Of a stretch of 64,000 nt of DNA, positions 41,634-51,267 are shown piece by piece. A model generated the notes under the pieces. That model saw only the letters and a list, made by a program, of their open reading frames with translations. It had not been told where the DNA came from and did not search any database. Source of the DNA: an uncultured Flavobacteriales bacterium (GTDB lineage: Bacteria; Bacteroidota; Bacteroidia; Flavobacteriales_G; Salibacteraceae); assembly GCA_963974475.1 (NCBI GenBank), contig CAXBCR010000014.1, positions 3,176 to 67,175 of the forward strand. The letters are read 5' to 3'. Made by a program: the position numbers and the translations under genes. Within the stretch, counting starts at the first letter, position 1; the number at the start of each line of letters is the position of its first letter.

Positions 41634-42650
41634 TTATAATTCAATATAGGGAGCAAGTTTACTATATAATTCTTCATTGAGCAACCCCTTTTGCACCAAG
41701 TCATCGACTGATTTAAATTTATGACTAAAATCACGGTAATCTTGAATCTGTATGGCCATGTTCCAGGTTATATACGGATGTTTTACCATGTCTGGAGCAA
41801 TATCCTTATTAATATGGATTTTACGAATTAGAGAGGAATCCAATTTTAAAAACGGTAAAATGTTTAAAACGGTGGATTCTCGCATTCGCTCGATTTCATA
41901 TAATTGGGCTAGATTATGATAGCCGCCTAATTTATCTCTATAATAAACAATTTGTCGGGCATAATAGGAGCCTATCCCTTTCAATCGCTTTAAATCTGAC
42001 GTATCTGCCGAGTTAATTTCAATACTAAAGGAATCCACTATATAATGTGGCTTAACTGTTTTAGCAGTGTCTGGTCTACTGCTCCATTTTTTTGATGCTA
42101 CCACTCTTTTGGCAGTATCAACAGGAATAACCAAATAGGGCTCCATTTTCAAAAACTGCTGATCATTAATCACATACATTTTTTGGACATCCTTAATTTT
42201 TCTAAATTGACCTCCTTTATCCAAGTAATTATTTATTGATTTTATTTGGCCTTTATTCAACCCTACAGACTTCCAATCGTCCATGGTAGCGATATTGGGG
42301 TTAAATGGATGTGGATGTAGTTTTTCTTTTACCTTATTCGTTTTATCATAATTTACAATCGTTGGTTTACGGTGACTATTATTTACAGAATCAATCGTTG
42401 CAAATGAGTTTTTTTCCGCATATTTTTCCCGATATCTAGCTTGATTGTTTCTTACCCAATTGGCAGAATCGAGTTTTAATTGCGCCACATACTTATCTAT
42501 AATAGTGGTATCAATTTCCACCTCATTACTAATAAAAAAAGGCATAGCAATCTGTACACAAATCACTAAAACAATCAAGGTAGCCAACACAAAAATGCCA
42601 TTCCGTTCACGACTATTAAAGCTAAATAGGTCTTTCCAATTTCCTTTCAT
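41634..42650 (-). CDS. Helix-hairpin-helix (ComEA-like) membrane-anchored DNA-binding protein
   Basis: 338 aa. It has an N-terminal TM anchor and repeated HhH modules, e.g. [26 protein letters not shown]. Confidence 0.7.
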   Translation of the reverse strand: MKGNWKDLFSFNSRERNGIFVLATLIVLVICVQIAMPFFISNEVEIDTTIIDKYVAQLKLDSANWVRNNQARYREKYAEKNSFATIDSVNNSHRKPTIVNYDKTNKVKEKLHPHPFNPNIATMDDWKSVGLNKGQIKSINNYLDKGGQFRKIKDVQKMYVINDQQFLKMEPYLVIPVDTAKRVVASKKWSSRPDTAKTVKPHYIVDSFSIEINSADTSDLKRLKGIGSYYARQIVYYRDKLGGYHNLAQLYEIERMRESTVLNILPFLKLDSSLIRKIHINKDIAPDMVKHPYITWNMAIQIQDYRDFSHKFKSVDDLVQKGLLNEELYSKLAPYIEL

Positions 42651-42670
42651 TCTAAAAATAATTAAATTAT

Positions 42671-42678
42671 CAAATTTA
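42671..42678 (-). promoter_or_regulatory. Candidate -7 box TAAATTTG upstream of the ComEA-like / acyl-CoA dehydrogenase unit
   Basis: CAAATTTA on the plus strand, 20 nt upstream of the ATG at 42650. Confidence 0.45.
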
Positions 42679-42768
42679 CTTGCGAGGAATCGGGAGTACT
42701 TGGATTATCAACACAAATAGGTAAATATCAGGCTACTAAAATAATAAATAAATTCTAATAAAAACGAT

Positions 42769-42817
42769 AAAAGGGCGTAAACTAAAGCGTTGAATCCACT
42801 TTAGCTTACGCCCTTTT
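42769..42817 (-). terminator. Large hairpin terminator after the alanine:cation symporter gene
   Basis: The outer 12-bp stem is AAAAGGGCGTAA (42769-42780) paired with TTACGCCCTTTT (42806-42817), with an inner 6-bp stem CTAAAG/CTTTAG. Both sides are A/T-rich, so it has a bidirectional shape. Confidence 0.7.
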
Positions 42818-42840
42818 ATTTTAGGCTTAGGTTATAGGTT

Positions 42841-44385
42841 CTATTTAAATTGCTTTATCAGTCCGTTTTTCACCTTTCGCATATATTCTTGCATATCTAA
42901 TTTGACTTCAGTAGACATTATGAGTAATCCAATAATATTAGGGAAAGCCATGGCCAAAATCATCATATCCGAAAATGATAGCACAGCACCCATGGTAGTA
43001 GAAGAACCTATAACCACAAATACTAAAAAGATAACCTTATAAATATTTCCAATTATTGGTTTATTCCCAAATAAGTAGGTCCATGATTTAAGTCCATAAT
43101 ACGACCAGGAAATCATGGTAGAAAATGCGAACAAGAAAACTGCAACCGCCAACACCATAGGAAACCAACTAATAACAGAGCCAAAGGCCTTAGAAGTAAG
43201 CTCAGAACCCTCAAGTCCAACATCTTTATATTCTCCGGTAATAATAATAACCAATGCAGTCATAGTACAAATAACTACTGTATCAATAAATGGCTCTAAT
43301 AACGCCACAAACCCCTCACTAACGGGCTCATTAGTTTTAACTGCTGAATGAGCAATAGCTGCAGAACCAACTCCTGCCTCATTGGAGAAGGACGCCCTTT
43401 GAAAACCGGTCATTAACACTCCTATAAATCCACCAGTCATGGAAATTGGATTAAACGCTTCCGAAATTATTAAACCAAATGCGGTGGGTATATTCGCGTA
43501 ATTCACTCCTAAAATAATCAACGCTGAGAGCACGTATAAAACAGCCATAAATGGAACGATTTTTTCTGTTACCCTAGCAATAGATTGAATTCCTCCAATA
43601 ATAACAACCCCAACCAAAAGCGCCATACCTATTCCAAAATAAAAACCATGTCCTTGTAAAAAAGGTAGCTGAATGGCAGCTTGAGCGAAAGCTTGATTAG
43701 CCTGAAACATATTACCACCACCAAAAGTGGCCATCACTGCAATAATGGCAAACATAACTGCAAGAACCTTTCCTACTCCAGAAAGACTTAAACCAAACAC
43801 ACTTCGGTGTTTCAATCCTTTAGTCAGATAGTACATGGGACCACCTGAAACTTCTCCATTCTCATCAATTTCACGGTACTTTACGCCTAAGGTAACTTCT
43901 GTAAATTTGGTTGACATCCCCAAAATTCCTGCAACAATCATCCAGAAGGTCGCCCCTGGCCCACCAATGGTAATAGCCACCGCCACACTCGCAATATTAC
44001 CCAGCCCAACGGTAGCAGAAAGCGCTGTAGTTAGTGCTTGAAAATGCGATACTTCGCCTTTATCATCTGGATCATCATATTTACCTTGAACCAATTCTAT
44101 AGCGTGCCTAAATCCTCTAAAATTTATAAAGTTCATTTTCAAGGTAAAGAAGACTGCACCAAAGACCAACCATACTACAATGAAGGGTAAACTCACACCA
44201 AAATCGAAACCTAATAGTTGAAATAAATCGGCAAAAAACACCAATTCCAATTTGGATACGATGGGCTGAAACCAAGAATCAATTAAATCACCAATACTAA
44301 TTGCATCATTTTCTAACGCGTTTTTTGCAAACAGTGTAGAAACTGAATTCATAAACACTAATACTAACAAAATTTTCTTCTTCAT
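42841..44385 (-). CDS. Alanine/glycine:cation symporter (AGCS family)
   Basis: 514 aa and polytopic. It has AGCS-type segments ([45 protein letters not shown]). Confidence 0.9.
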   Translation of the reverse strand: MKKKILLVLVFMNSVSTLFAKNALENDAISIGDLIDSWFQPIVSKLELVFFADLFQLLGFDFGVSLPFIVVWLVFGAVFFTLKMNFINFRGFRHAIELVQGKYDDPDDKGEVSHFQALTTALSATVGLGNIASVAVAITIGGPGATFWMIVAGILGMSTKFTEVTLGVKYREIDENGEVSGGPMYYLTKGLKHRSVFGLSLSGVGKVLAVMFAIIAVMATFGGGNMFQANQAFAQAAIQLPFLQGHGFYFGIGMALLVGVVIIGGIQSIARVTEKIVPFMAVLYVLSALIILGVNYANIPTAFGLIISEAFNPISMTGGFIGVLMTGFQRASFSNEAGVGSAAIAHSAVKTNEPVSEGFVALLEPFIDTVVICTMTALVIIITGEYKDVGLEGSELTSKAFGSVISWFPMVLAVAVFLFAFSTMISWSYYGLKSWTYLFGNKPIIGNIYKVIFLVFVVIGSSTTMGAVLSFSDMMILAMAFPNIIGLLIMSTEVKLDMQEYMRKVKNGLIKQFK

Positions 44386-44403
44386 AAAATTGAATTACCA
44401 GCT

Positions 44404-44411
44404 CAAATATA
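44404..44411 (-). promoter_or_regulatory. Candidate -7 box TATATTTG upstream of the symporter gene
   Basis: CAAATATA on the plus strand, 18 nt upstream of the ATG at 44385. Confidence 0.45.
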
Positions 44412-44463
44412 ATTATCTCATAGACAATTTTAGGTTAGACTTAAATTTTATTTAATAATAGCC

Positions 44464-45363
44464 CTAATTCACCTGTTTAACTGCCTCCTTCAATCCATCT
44501 GCAATTCCTTTTGGATTAAAATCATAACATTCAATTATACGCGAATTGGTAAAACAGGAATTTGAAGGACGTAAATTTGCATTTGCAACATCCTTGCTTT
44601 CCGAAGTCGACAGGTAAGCAGAATTCAAACCGCATACCTCGGCAATTTGTACCGCAAAATCATAGATGGATATTTTTTCTGCTCCTCCGATATTAAAATT
44701 CCCGTTCAACGGATTATTAATTATCCGTTCGACCAACTTTACTACATCACCTATAAAGGTGGGTGTTCTAAATTGGTCTGTTACAATATTAAGTTTTTCA
44801 CCATTCGATAAACCATCTCTCACCCAAGTGAAAAAGTTGCCTCTTGAGGCCGATTTTGAATAGCCGTAAACCAATACTGGACGAATAATACTCCAATTTG
44901 TTAATTTTTCAACCGCCATTTCACCTCTTCGTTTACTTTCACCATACCTACTTATTGGCTCAGAGCACTCATTCTCGTCATACCAATCATTAATTCCATC
45001 AAATACAAAATCAGAAGAAAAATAAATTAGATGAGTATTTGAGTGAATGATTATGTCAACAATATTGGAAGTTACGGTGGTATTTACTTCAAAGCATAAA
45101 TCAGGATTATTTTCACAAATATCTACTTGAGAAATTGCCGCGCAATGAATGATGACATCAGGGTTAATCTGAGAAAACAACAATCGCATTTCCGCTAAAC
45201 TAGTTAAGTCAATTTCATGATAAATGATGGAAACATTTGGTAACCGATTAACTCCCTTACCGCAACCAAAAACATTCAAACTTGGATTCTTAGACAAGTT
45301 TTCCGCGATTTTGGAACCAATGAAACCATTGGGCCCAGTAATCAAGACCTTTTTCAAAGGCAT
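44464..45363 (-). CDS. NAD(P)-dependent SDR-family reductase/epimerase (RmlD-like)
   Basis: 299 aa with the Rossmann motif ITGPNGFIGSKI and the catalytic YGESK (YxxxK). Its ATG overlaps the channel gene stop (TAATG). Confidence 0.8.
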   Translation of the reverse strand: MPLKKVLITGPNGFIGSKIAENLSKNPSLNVFGCGKGVNRLPNVSIIYHEIDLTSLAEMRLLFSQINPDVIIHCAAISQVDICENNPDLCFEVNTTVTSNIVDIIIHSNTHLIYFSSDFVFDGINDWYDENECSEPISRYGESKRRGEMAVEKLTNWSIIRPVLVYGYSKSASRGNFFTWVRDGLSNGEKLNIVTDQFRTPTFIGDVVKLVERIINNPLNGNFNIGGAEKISIYDFAVQIAEVCGLNSAYLSTSESKDVANANLRPSNSCFTNSRIIECYDFNPKGIADGLKEAVKQVN

Positions 45364-46376
45364 TAAATCTGAAAAATCGTGTTTATTTGCCTAATTTGAG
45401 TTTCGGTACCTAATACAAATATTTTACAACCTGGCACAAGAACCAATTCTCTACTAGGATTTACAAAATACTCACCATTGGGTGATCTATAGCCCACAAT
45501 TAAACAGCCAGAGTCATAACTATCATCAAGCATTTTTAAATTTTCACCTTGAAATCGTTCCGGAATGTTGACGTATGAAATTTCTTCTAAATTAACCTCG
45601 TTGGAACCCATCACTGAAATGTGGTCCAAAAACTCATGCACATCTGGCGTAACTACCAAAGAACCCATATGAGCCCCCCCAACTTTATCAGGCATAATCA
45701 CATTATCGCTACCTGCAATTCTTAATTTCTTTTCGGAGCTATCTAAGGATGCACGACTTATTATCTGAATTTTTGGAGCTAATTCTCTTGCCGTAAGCAC
45801 TACAAAAACATTGGCAGCATCACTTGGCAGGGTTGAAATAATGGACTGAGCTCTTTTAATCCCTGCTCTAATTAGCGTTTTTTCTGAGGTAGCATCTCCT
45901 TTGATATACAGCAAATTAGCCTCCTTTAAATGCAATAAGATGTCATCATTATTCTCAACAATAACGACTTCCTTCCCATAGGCTATCAGCGTTTTCACTG
46001 CTTGCGCACCATTTCTACCATGTCCACAAACAATTACATGATTGGATATTCTATCTATATATGCGTCCACTTTATAATTTTTAAAATAATTCTGTAAATC
46101 ACCATTCACGATATACCGCGTTATATAACTCACGGTGTATGCAAAAATACCAAAGCTGAAAATTATTAAAAATGCAGTAAAAATTCTACCCTCAACAGAT
46201 AAAGGTTGCACTTCTTTAAAACCAACGGTAGAAACCGTAATAATGGTCATGTAAAAAGCATCTACAAAATTGTAGCTTTCAATAACCATAAACCCCAAAA
46301 CTCCAGTCACAACTACTGTTGAAAGCAGGAATAATGAAAAATAAAGTTCCTTAAAATATTTAAATGCGCTTGTCAC
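45363..46376 (-). CDS. Two-TM potassium-channel-like protein with cytoplasmic TrkA-N/TrkA-C (RCK) domains
   Basis: 337 aa with a GTG start. It has two TM helices flanking a pore loop MTIITVSTVGFKEV, then a Rossmann-like RCK domain (VIVCGHGRNG). The filter reads TVGFK rather than TVGYG. Confidence 0.8.
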   Translation of the reverse strand: MTSAFKYFKELYFSLFLLSTVVVTGVLGFMVIESYNFVDAFYMTIITVSTVGFKEVQPLSVEGRIFTAFLIIFSFGIFAYTVSYITRYIVNGDLQNYFKNYKVDAYIDRISNHVIVCGHGRNGAQAVKTLIAYGKEVVIVENNDDILLHLKEANLLYIKGDATSEKTLIRAGIKRAQSIISTLPSDAANVFVVLTARELAPKIQIISRASLDSSEKKLRIAGSDNVIMPDKVGGAHMGSLVVTPDVHEFLDHISVMGSNEVNLEEISYVNIPERFQGENLKMLDDSYDSGCLIVGYRSPNGEYFVNPSRELVLVPGCKIFVLGTETQIRQINTIFQI

Positions 46377-46379
46377 TTG

Positions 46380-46607
46380 TTAAAATTCCCAGACTGTGGC
46401 TCGTTTTGGTTTGAACCAATTTTTGTTTTTTAAAATAAAAGCCATCATTAAATAAAGAACTAATGGCGACCCCAAAGTTAGAAATGAAAGGTAAATAAAG
46501 TACACTCTAATACTATTAGTATTTACATTAAATTTGGTACCCCACCACTCACAAACACCATACGCTTGATCCTCAAAGAATTCTTTTATTTTAATTACTA
46601 TTTTCAT
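46380..46607 (-). CDS. PspC-domain small membrane protein
   Basis: 75 aa. The segment GVCEWWGTKFNVNTNSIRVYFIYLSFLTLGSPLVLYLMMAF fits the PspC domain. Its ATG overlaps the upstream stop (TAATG). Confidence 0.7.
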   Translation of the reverse strand: MKIVIKIKEFFEDQAYGVCEWWGTKFNVNTNSIRVYFIYLSFLTLGSPLVLYLMMAFILKNKNWFKPKRATVWEF

Positions 46608-47875
46608 TATTGAAGGATTTGTTTACCAATGCCACAAGTTAGACATTTCTTTGGTTTACAATAATTATTTGTTAGTTCTATTAACGACTGACTCTCAGAC
46701 GCTCGTTTTGCAAAAATATTATTTTCCTTCCAAATTTTGGTAATAGAATTACTTTCAGACGGCAAGGATTCTAATAAATCTACTGCTTTTTCCTGAAATT
46801 CAGGATTAGCCGTTTCCTTTCCATAGTAAAACAATAAAGGAGCAACCGTATTAATTAACACCATATTCACGGCACTTTTACCTAGCCTCTTCTTTTTTGA
46901 TACCGATACTTTTTGCAATGTATAATGCGTTTCCCAGAAAGTGGACACAGAAACGTTAAGCTCCTTCCAATCCTGATTAATGGAGAAATCACGTATTAAT
47001 GCACCGAACAGATTTCCAAACTTTTGAATAATTTGAGTCATTTGCACTAAACGTATGGTAGGAAAATTAGATGGTCTTACTCCTCCAAATTTCCAAATCT
47101 CTTTAGCTAAAACCTTAAATTGATATTTGTTTTTTTGATGTGTAAATTCCTTTTGTAACGTCTTCGCGTAATCATCTTCTAATTCATCTTCAAGTAACCC
47201 AGCCACTCCAAGAAGAATAGCTTCCAATACCAAACCATTATTTCTATTCTTAATCAGAATTTTAAAGTCAATGCGTTCTGCTAACAGTTGCATGGGTAAA
47301 GCATTGGTTTTGAAACCAAAATTTTTCGCCAATTGAATAAAAACGGTTTGTTCCCAATTTCCTTTGGTACGCTCGTGAATTTCCGCAATTTCCATCACTT
47401 TTCTCTCTAAACGTTCAATTAACAGCCGACCAAGCCAATGACCTGTTTGAAATTCATCCAGCTTACCAGTCAATCCTTGACATACCAATTTGTTTTTTGC
47501 CAGTTTCAAATGATTATAATTGGAAATTAATTGATTGGAAATTCTACCATTAAGCTCCAAGGTGGGTATGGGGTTACCGGCCACATCAAATACATCTTCA
47601 TCATATTTCATTACCACATGAAGCACCGTTTTCAAATAAGCCAAATCCGATTGATGTTGATGCCGGTACCAATCTGTAGAATTGAGATGCATCTCTACTT
47701 GTCCTACCCAAACTAGGTCTCCAATTTTAATTTTCGCATTGAAAAAATCAGGGCCCGATTCGGTATTGTGATCCCCTACAGAAACAACTTCGATTTCCTG
47801 ACCATCGGTCGTTTTAAGTTGATGTAGGTTGAATAATTTAAATTTCCAGACGTAGTGTAAAAAATCTTCGGACAT
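46607..47875 (-). CDS. DUF2851 family protein
   Basis: 422 aa from ATG 47875 (TTG at 47893 in the ORF track). The N-terminus MSEDFLHYVWKFKLFN ... GPDFFNAKIKIGDLVWVGQVEMHLNSTDWYRHQH is the DUF2851 signature as I remember it. Confidence 0.7.
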   Translation of the reverse strand: MSEDFLHYVWKFKLFNLHQLKTTDGQEIEVVSVGDHNTESGPDFFNAKIKIGDLVWVGQVEMHLNSTDWYRHQHQSDLAYLKTVLHVVMKYDEDVFDVAGNPIPTLELNGRISNQLISNYNHLKLAKNKLVCQGLTGKLDEFQTGHWLGRLLIERLERKVMEIAEIHERTKGNWEQTVFIQLAKNFGFKTNALPMQLLAERIDFKILIKNRNNGLVLEAILLGVAGLLEDELEDDYAKTLQKEFTHQKNKYQFKVLAKEIWKFGGVRPSNFPTIRLVQMTQIIQKFGNLFGALIRDFSINQDWKELNVSVSTFWETHYTLQKVSVSKKKRLGKSAVNMVLINTVAPLLFYYGKETANPEFQEKAVDLLESLPSESNSITKIWKENNIFAKRASESQSLIELTNNYCKPKKCLTCGIGKQILQ

Positions 47876-47980
47876 AGCATTGAGAATTAGCAATTTCGAA
47901 GGTATTACTAAATACTCAATTTTGACGGGTTACTTCAATTTATTCCTGCTATTTGACAATTATTTTAACAACAGCGCAAA

Positions 47981-48802
47981 CTAAATAACTCCATTTTCAG
48001 CTAAATGCTTCGCCATTTCAAGTTGAATCTTTTTTGCTTCGATTCCCGCTTTTTCAGCAAAATCATCCTCATTAGAAGCATAAATTATCCCTCTAGATGA
48101 ATTTACTAATAATCCACAATCGGCAATCATGCCATATTTCACTACATCGCTTAAGCTACCTCCTTGCGCTCCCACACCTGGAACCAAGAAAAAGTGATTT
48201 GGGACTTGTTTTCTAACTACCCCAATTTCTTCACCTCGGGTAGCTCCAACTACATACATCATGTTAGAAGGTGTTCCCCATTGTGAAGAGACCTCAAGTA
48301 CTTTCTCAAATACCTTTTCACCACTTTGAAGCACCTGTTGTTGAAAATCCAACGCTCCCTTATTGGACGTTAGCGCCAATAAAATCACCCACTTTTCCTC
48401 ATATGCCAAAAATGGCGTAACAGAGTCTTGCCCCATATACGGTGCTACGGTAATGGAATCAAAATCGGATGTTTCAAAAAATGCTTTTGCATACAAATGA
48501 GAGGTATTTCCAATATCTCCACGTTTAGCATCCGCGATTGTAAATATATTTTGTGGTATATATTCTAAGGTTTTTCGAAGGCTTTCCCACCCACTTTCAC
48601 CTAAACTTTCGTAAAAAGCGATATTTGGTTTATAGGCGACACAAAAATCTTTAGTGGCATCAATAATGGCTTTATTAAACTCAAAAACGGGATCTTCTTT
48701 TTCCCACAAATGTGATGGTATTTTATCTGGATCAGTATCCAAACCAACGCATAAAAACGTTTTTTTCCTTTTAATTTCAGCAACTAATTCGTCTCGTGTC
48801 AT
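47981..48802 (-). CDS. pyrF: Orotidine-5'-phosphate decarboxylase (type 2)
   Basis: 273 aa with the motifs FLCVGLDTD and [11 protein letters not shown]. Confidence 0.93.
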   Translation of the reverse strand: MTRDELVAEIKRKKTFLCVGLDTDPDKIPSHLWEKEDPVFEFNKAIIDATKDFCVAYKPNIAFYESLGESGWESLRKTLEYIPQNIFTIADAKRGDIGNTSHLYAKAFFETSDFDSITVAPYMGQDSVTPFLAYEEKWVILLALTSNKGALDFQQQVLQSGEKVFEKVLEVSSQWGTPSNMMYVVGATRGEEIGVVRKQVPNHFFLVPGVGAQGGSLSDVVKYGMIADCGLLVNSSRGIIYASNEDDFAEKAGIEAKKIQLEMAKHLAENGVI

Positions 48803-48840
48803 GCAAATTTATTTTCTATCCTTCTCGGATATCATTCCGT

Positions 48841-49908
48841 TTATTCCCCTTCTTGCAATTTGGCGGTGTTTTCAGCCAATTTCAATTCGTCCACAAATTT
48901 TTGAATATCTCCATCCATTACCGATGGGAGGTTGTAAACTGTTAACCCAATTCTATGGTCAGTCACTCGCCCTTGCGGATAATTATATGTTCTAATTTTC
49001 GCAGATCTATCACCACTAGATACCATTCCTTGTCTTAATACAGAATCGGCTTCCAATTTCTTTTGCAACTCCATATCATAAATACGTGAACGCAACACTT
49101 GAAGCGCTTTATCATAGTTACGAGGTTGTGATTTTTGATCTTGACATTGCGCCACAATTCCGGTAGGAAGGTGAGTTAAACGTACGGCAGAATAGGTTGT
49201 ATTTACCGATTGACCTCCTGGTCCAGACGCACAATATAAGTCCTTACGAATATCCGAATTTTTAATCTCCACATCAAACTCATCTGCCTCAGGAAGAACC
49301 ATAACCGTTGCTGCAGAAGTATGTACACGACCTTGTGTTTCGGTTTGCGGAACGCGTTGTACACGATGTACACCGGCCTCAAATTTCAATTCGCCATAAA
49401 CATCTTCGCCCTCTACCTCAATAATCACCTCTTTATATCCACCCTGTGTTCCGTAACTTACATCCATTACGGATACTTTCCATCCACGACCTTCACAGTA
49501 TTTGGTATACATTCTAAATAAATCACCGGCAAAAAGTGAAGCTTCATCTCCTCCTGTACCCGCACGGAATTCCATTACGCAGTTTTTCTCGTCTTCAGGA
49601 TCTTTTGGAACGAGCAGTTGCTTTAAGTCCTCTTCAATCACTGCTTTTTGAGGAACTAACTCTTGCAATTCCTCTTCCGCCATTTCCTTAAATTCAGGAT
49701 CATCCTCTGTGCTAATAATTTCTTTATTATTGGCAATATTGGAAATTACTTCTTGGTATTTTTCATACACGTCCACAATTTTACCAAGGTTTTTATATTC
49801 CTTGTTTAATCTGACGTAACGTTTCATATCAGAAATAATAGCAGGATCTACAATCATTTTAGATACTTCTATAAAACGCTCTTTAATTAATTCTAATTTT
49901 TCTATCAT
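48841..49908 (-). CDS. prfA: Peptide chain release factor 1
   Basis: 355 aa. It has the GGQ motif ([11 protein letters not shown]), a P-x-T type tripeptide (PQT) in [14 protein letters not shown], and no frameshift. Confidence 0.95.
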   Translation of the reverse strand: MIEKLELIKERFIEVSKMIVDPAIISDMKRYVRLNKEYKNLGKIVDVYEKYQEVISNIANNKEIISTEDDPEFKEMAEEELQELVPQKAVIEEDLKQLLVPKDPEDEKNCVMEFRAGTGGDEASLFAGDLFRMYTKYCEGRGWKVSVMDVSYGTQGGYKEVIIEVEGEDVYGELKFEAGVHRVQRVPQTETQGRVHTSAATVMVLPEADEFDVEIKNSDIRKDLYCASGPGGQSVNTTYSAVRLTHLPTGIVAQCQDQKSQPRNYDKALQVLRSRIYDMELQKKLEADSVLRQGMVSSGDRSAKIRTYNYPQGRVTDHRIGLTVYNLPSVMDGDIQKFVDELKLAENTAKLQEGE

Positions 49909-49960
49909 TCTAAATTCCTCTTATTATAATACGCACTTCATTTAAGCTTCGGTGTAGCAC

Positions 49961-51124
49961 CTAGTACTTAAACTCCCCGTATTCGGAAGTAATAATTAAT
50001 TCCCGTTTTTCAGATGCTTCCACTCGCCCAATAACTTGAGCAGGTATATTAAAGCTTTCAGAAATTGAAATTATTTTTTGAGCCGTTTCTTCATCGGTAT
50101 AAATTTCCATACGGTGCCCCATATTAAAAACCTGATACATTTCTCTCCATTCGGTTTCGGACTGCTCTTTGATTAGTTTAAAGAGTGGTGGAATTTCAAA
50201 CATATTATCCTTAATTACTCTATGCTCCCCAACAAAATGTAGTATTTTGGTTTGAGCACCTCCAGAACAGTGAACCATTCCATCTAATTGCCCTCTATGT
50301 TCTTTCAAAATAGCAGCAATCACTGGTGCATAGGTTCGGGTAGGCGATAAAACTAATTTTCCCGCGTTGAGCGGTGACCCGCTAACTTCGGAGGTTAATT
50401 CCATTCCACCTGAATATACTAACTCCGTATCAATGGATGAATCATAAGTTTGTGGATAGTTTTTGGCTACATTTTTACTAAACACATCGTGACGCGCAGA
50501 GGTTAACCCATTACTACCCATACCACCGTTGTATTCTTTCTCATATGACGCTTGACCCGAAGAGGCTAAACCAACAATAACATTGCCCGGTTTGATATTC
50601 GCGTTATCTACAATTTCCGATTTTTTTAATCGAGCCACCACGGTAGAATCCACGATAATAGTACGAACCAAGTCACCTACATCGGCAGTTTCACCACCGG
50701 TAGAAATTATCTCAACTCCGTATTGTTTTAAATCTTCAATTAGTTCTTCGGTACCTTCAATAATGGCTTTAATGACTTCACCTGGTATTAAACCTTTGTT
50801 TCGACCAATAGTAGAAGACAATAATATTGGTCCGGTAGCTCCGACACACAACAAATCATCGATATTCATGATTAAGGCATCCTGTGCAATTCCTTTCCAT
50901 ACAGAGATGTCGCCTGTTTCTTTCCAATACGCATACGCGAGAGAAGATTTTGTACCTGCTCCATCTGCGTGCATTACTACACAGTGATCATGGCTACCGG
51001 TAAGATAATCGGGCACAATTTTACAAAAGGCTTTTGGAAACAATCCTTTATCTATATTTTCAATGGCTTTGTGAACGTCTGTTTTCTCTGCAGATACGCC
51101 CCTCTTTTCATACTTAGATGCCAT
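49961..51124 (-). CDS. purM: Phosphoribosylformylglycinamidine cyclo-ligase (AIR synthase, long Bacteroidota form)
   Basis: 387 aa with the PurM N- and C-terminal domain pattern (HADGAGTKS, DDLLCVGA, NMGHRMEIY). Confidence 0.85.
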   Translation of the reverse strand: MASKYEKRGVSAEKTDVHKAIENIDKGLFPKAFCKIVPDYLTGSHDHCVVMHADGAGTKSSLAYAYWKETGDISVWKGIAQDALIMNIDDLLCVGATGPILLSSTIGRNKGLIPGEVIKAIIEGTEELIEDLKQYGVEIISTGGETADVGDLVRTIIVDSTVVARLKKSEIVDNANIKPGNVIVGLASSGQASYEKEYNGGMGSNGLTSARHDVFSKNVAKNYPQTYDSSIDTELVYSGGMELTSEVSGSPLNAGKLVLSPTRTYAPVIAAILKEHRGQLDGMVHCSGGAQTKILHFVGEHRVIKDNMFEIPPLFKLIKEQSETEWREMYQVFNMGHRMEIYTDEETAQKIISISESFNIPAQVIGRVEASEKRELIITSEYGEFKY

Positions 51125-51163
51125 AATTTTTTCAATTTAAAATCACAATTATCAGATACGTTA

Positions 51164-51171
51164 CAAAGGTA
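51164..51171 (-). promoter_or_regulatory. Candidate -7 box TACCTTTG upstream of purM
   Basis: CAAAGGTA on the plus strand, 39 nt upstream of the ATG at 51124. Confidence 0.45.
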
Positions 51172-51212
51172 CTATTGATAATCAGAATACTTTTTACTTA
51201 TATTATATATAT

Positions 51213-51247
51213 ACAAAAAAAGCACCCCTAAATAAATAGGAATGCTC
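51213..51247 (-). terminator. Rho-independent terminator after the OmpA-family gene
   Basis: 9-bp stem 51221-51229 / 51238-51246. Its two plus-strand C:A mismatches are G:U pairs on the minus-strand RNA, and a U run (plus-strand A run 51214-51221) follows. Confidence 0.6.
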
Positions 51248-51267
51248 TTTACTTATATATATGTTAT

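Noticed and set aside
48841-49908. Programmed +1 frameshift as in prfB
   Set aside because: The ORF is continuous, the decoding tripeptide is of the P-x-T (RF1) type, and there is no in-frame UGA or CUU UGA site. It is prfA.
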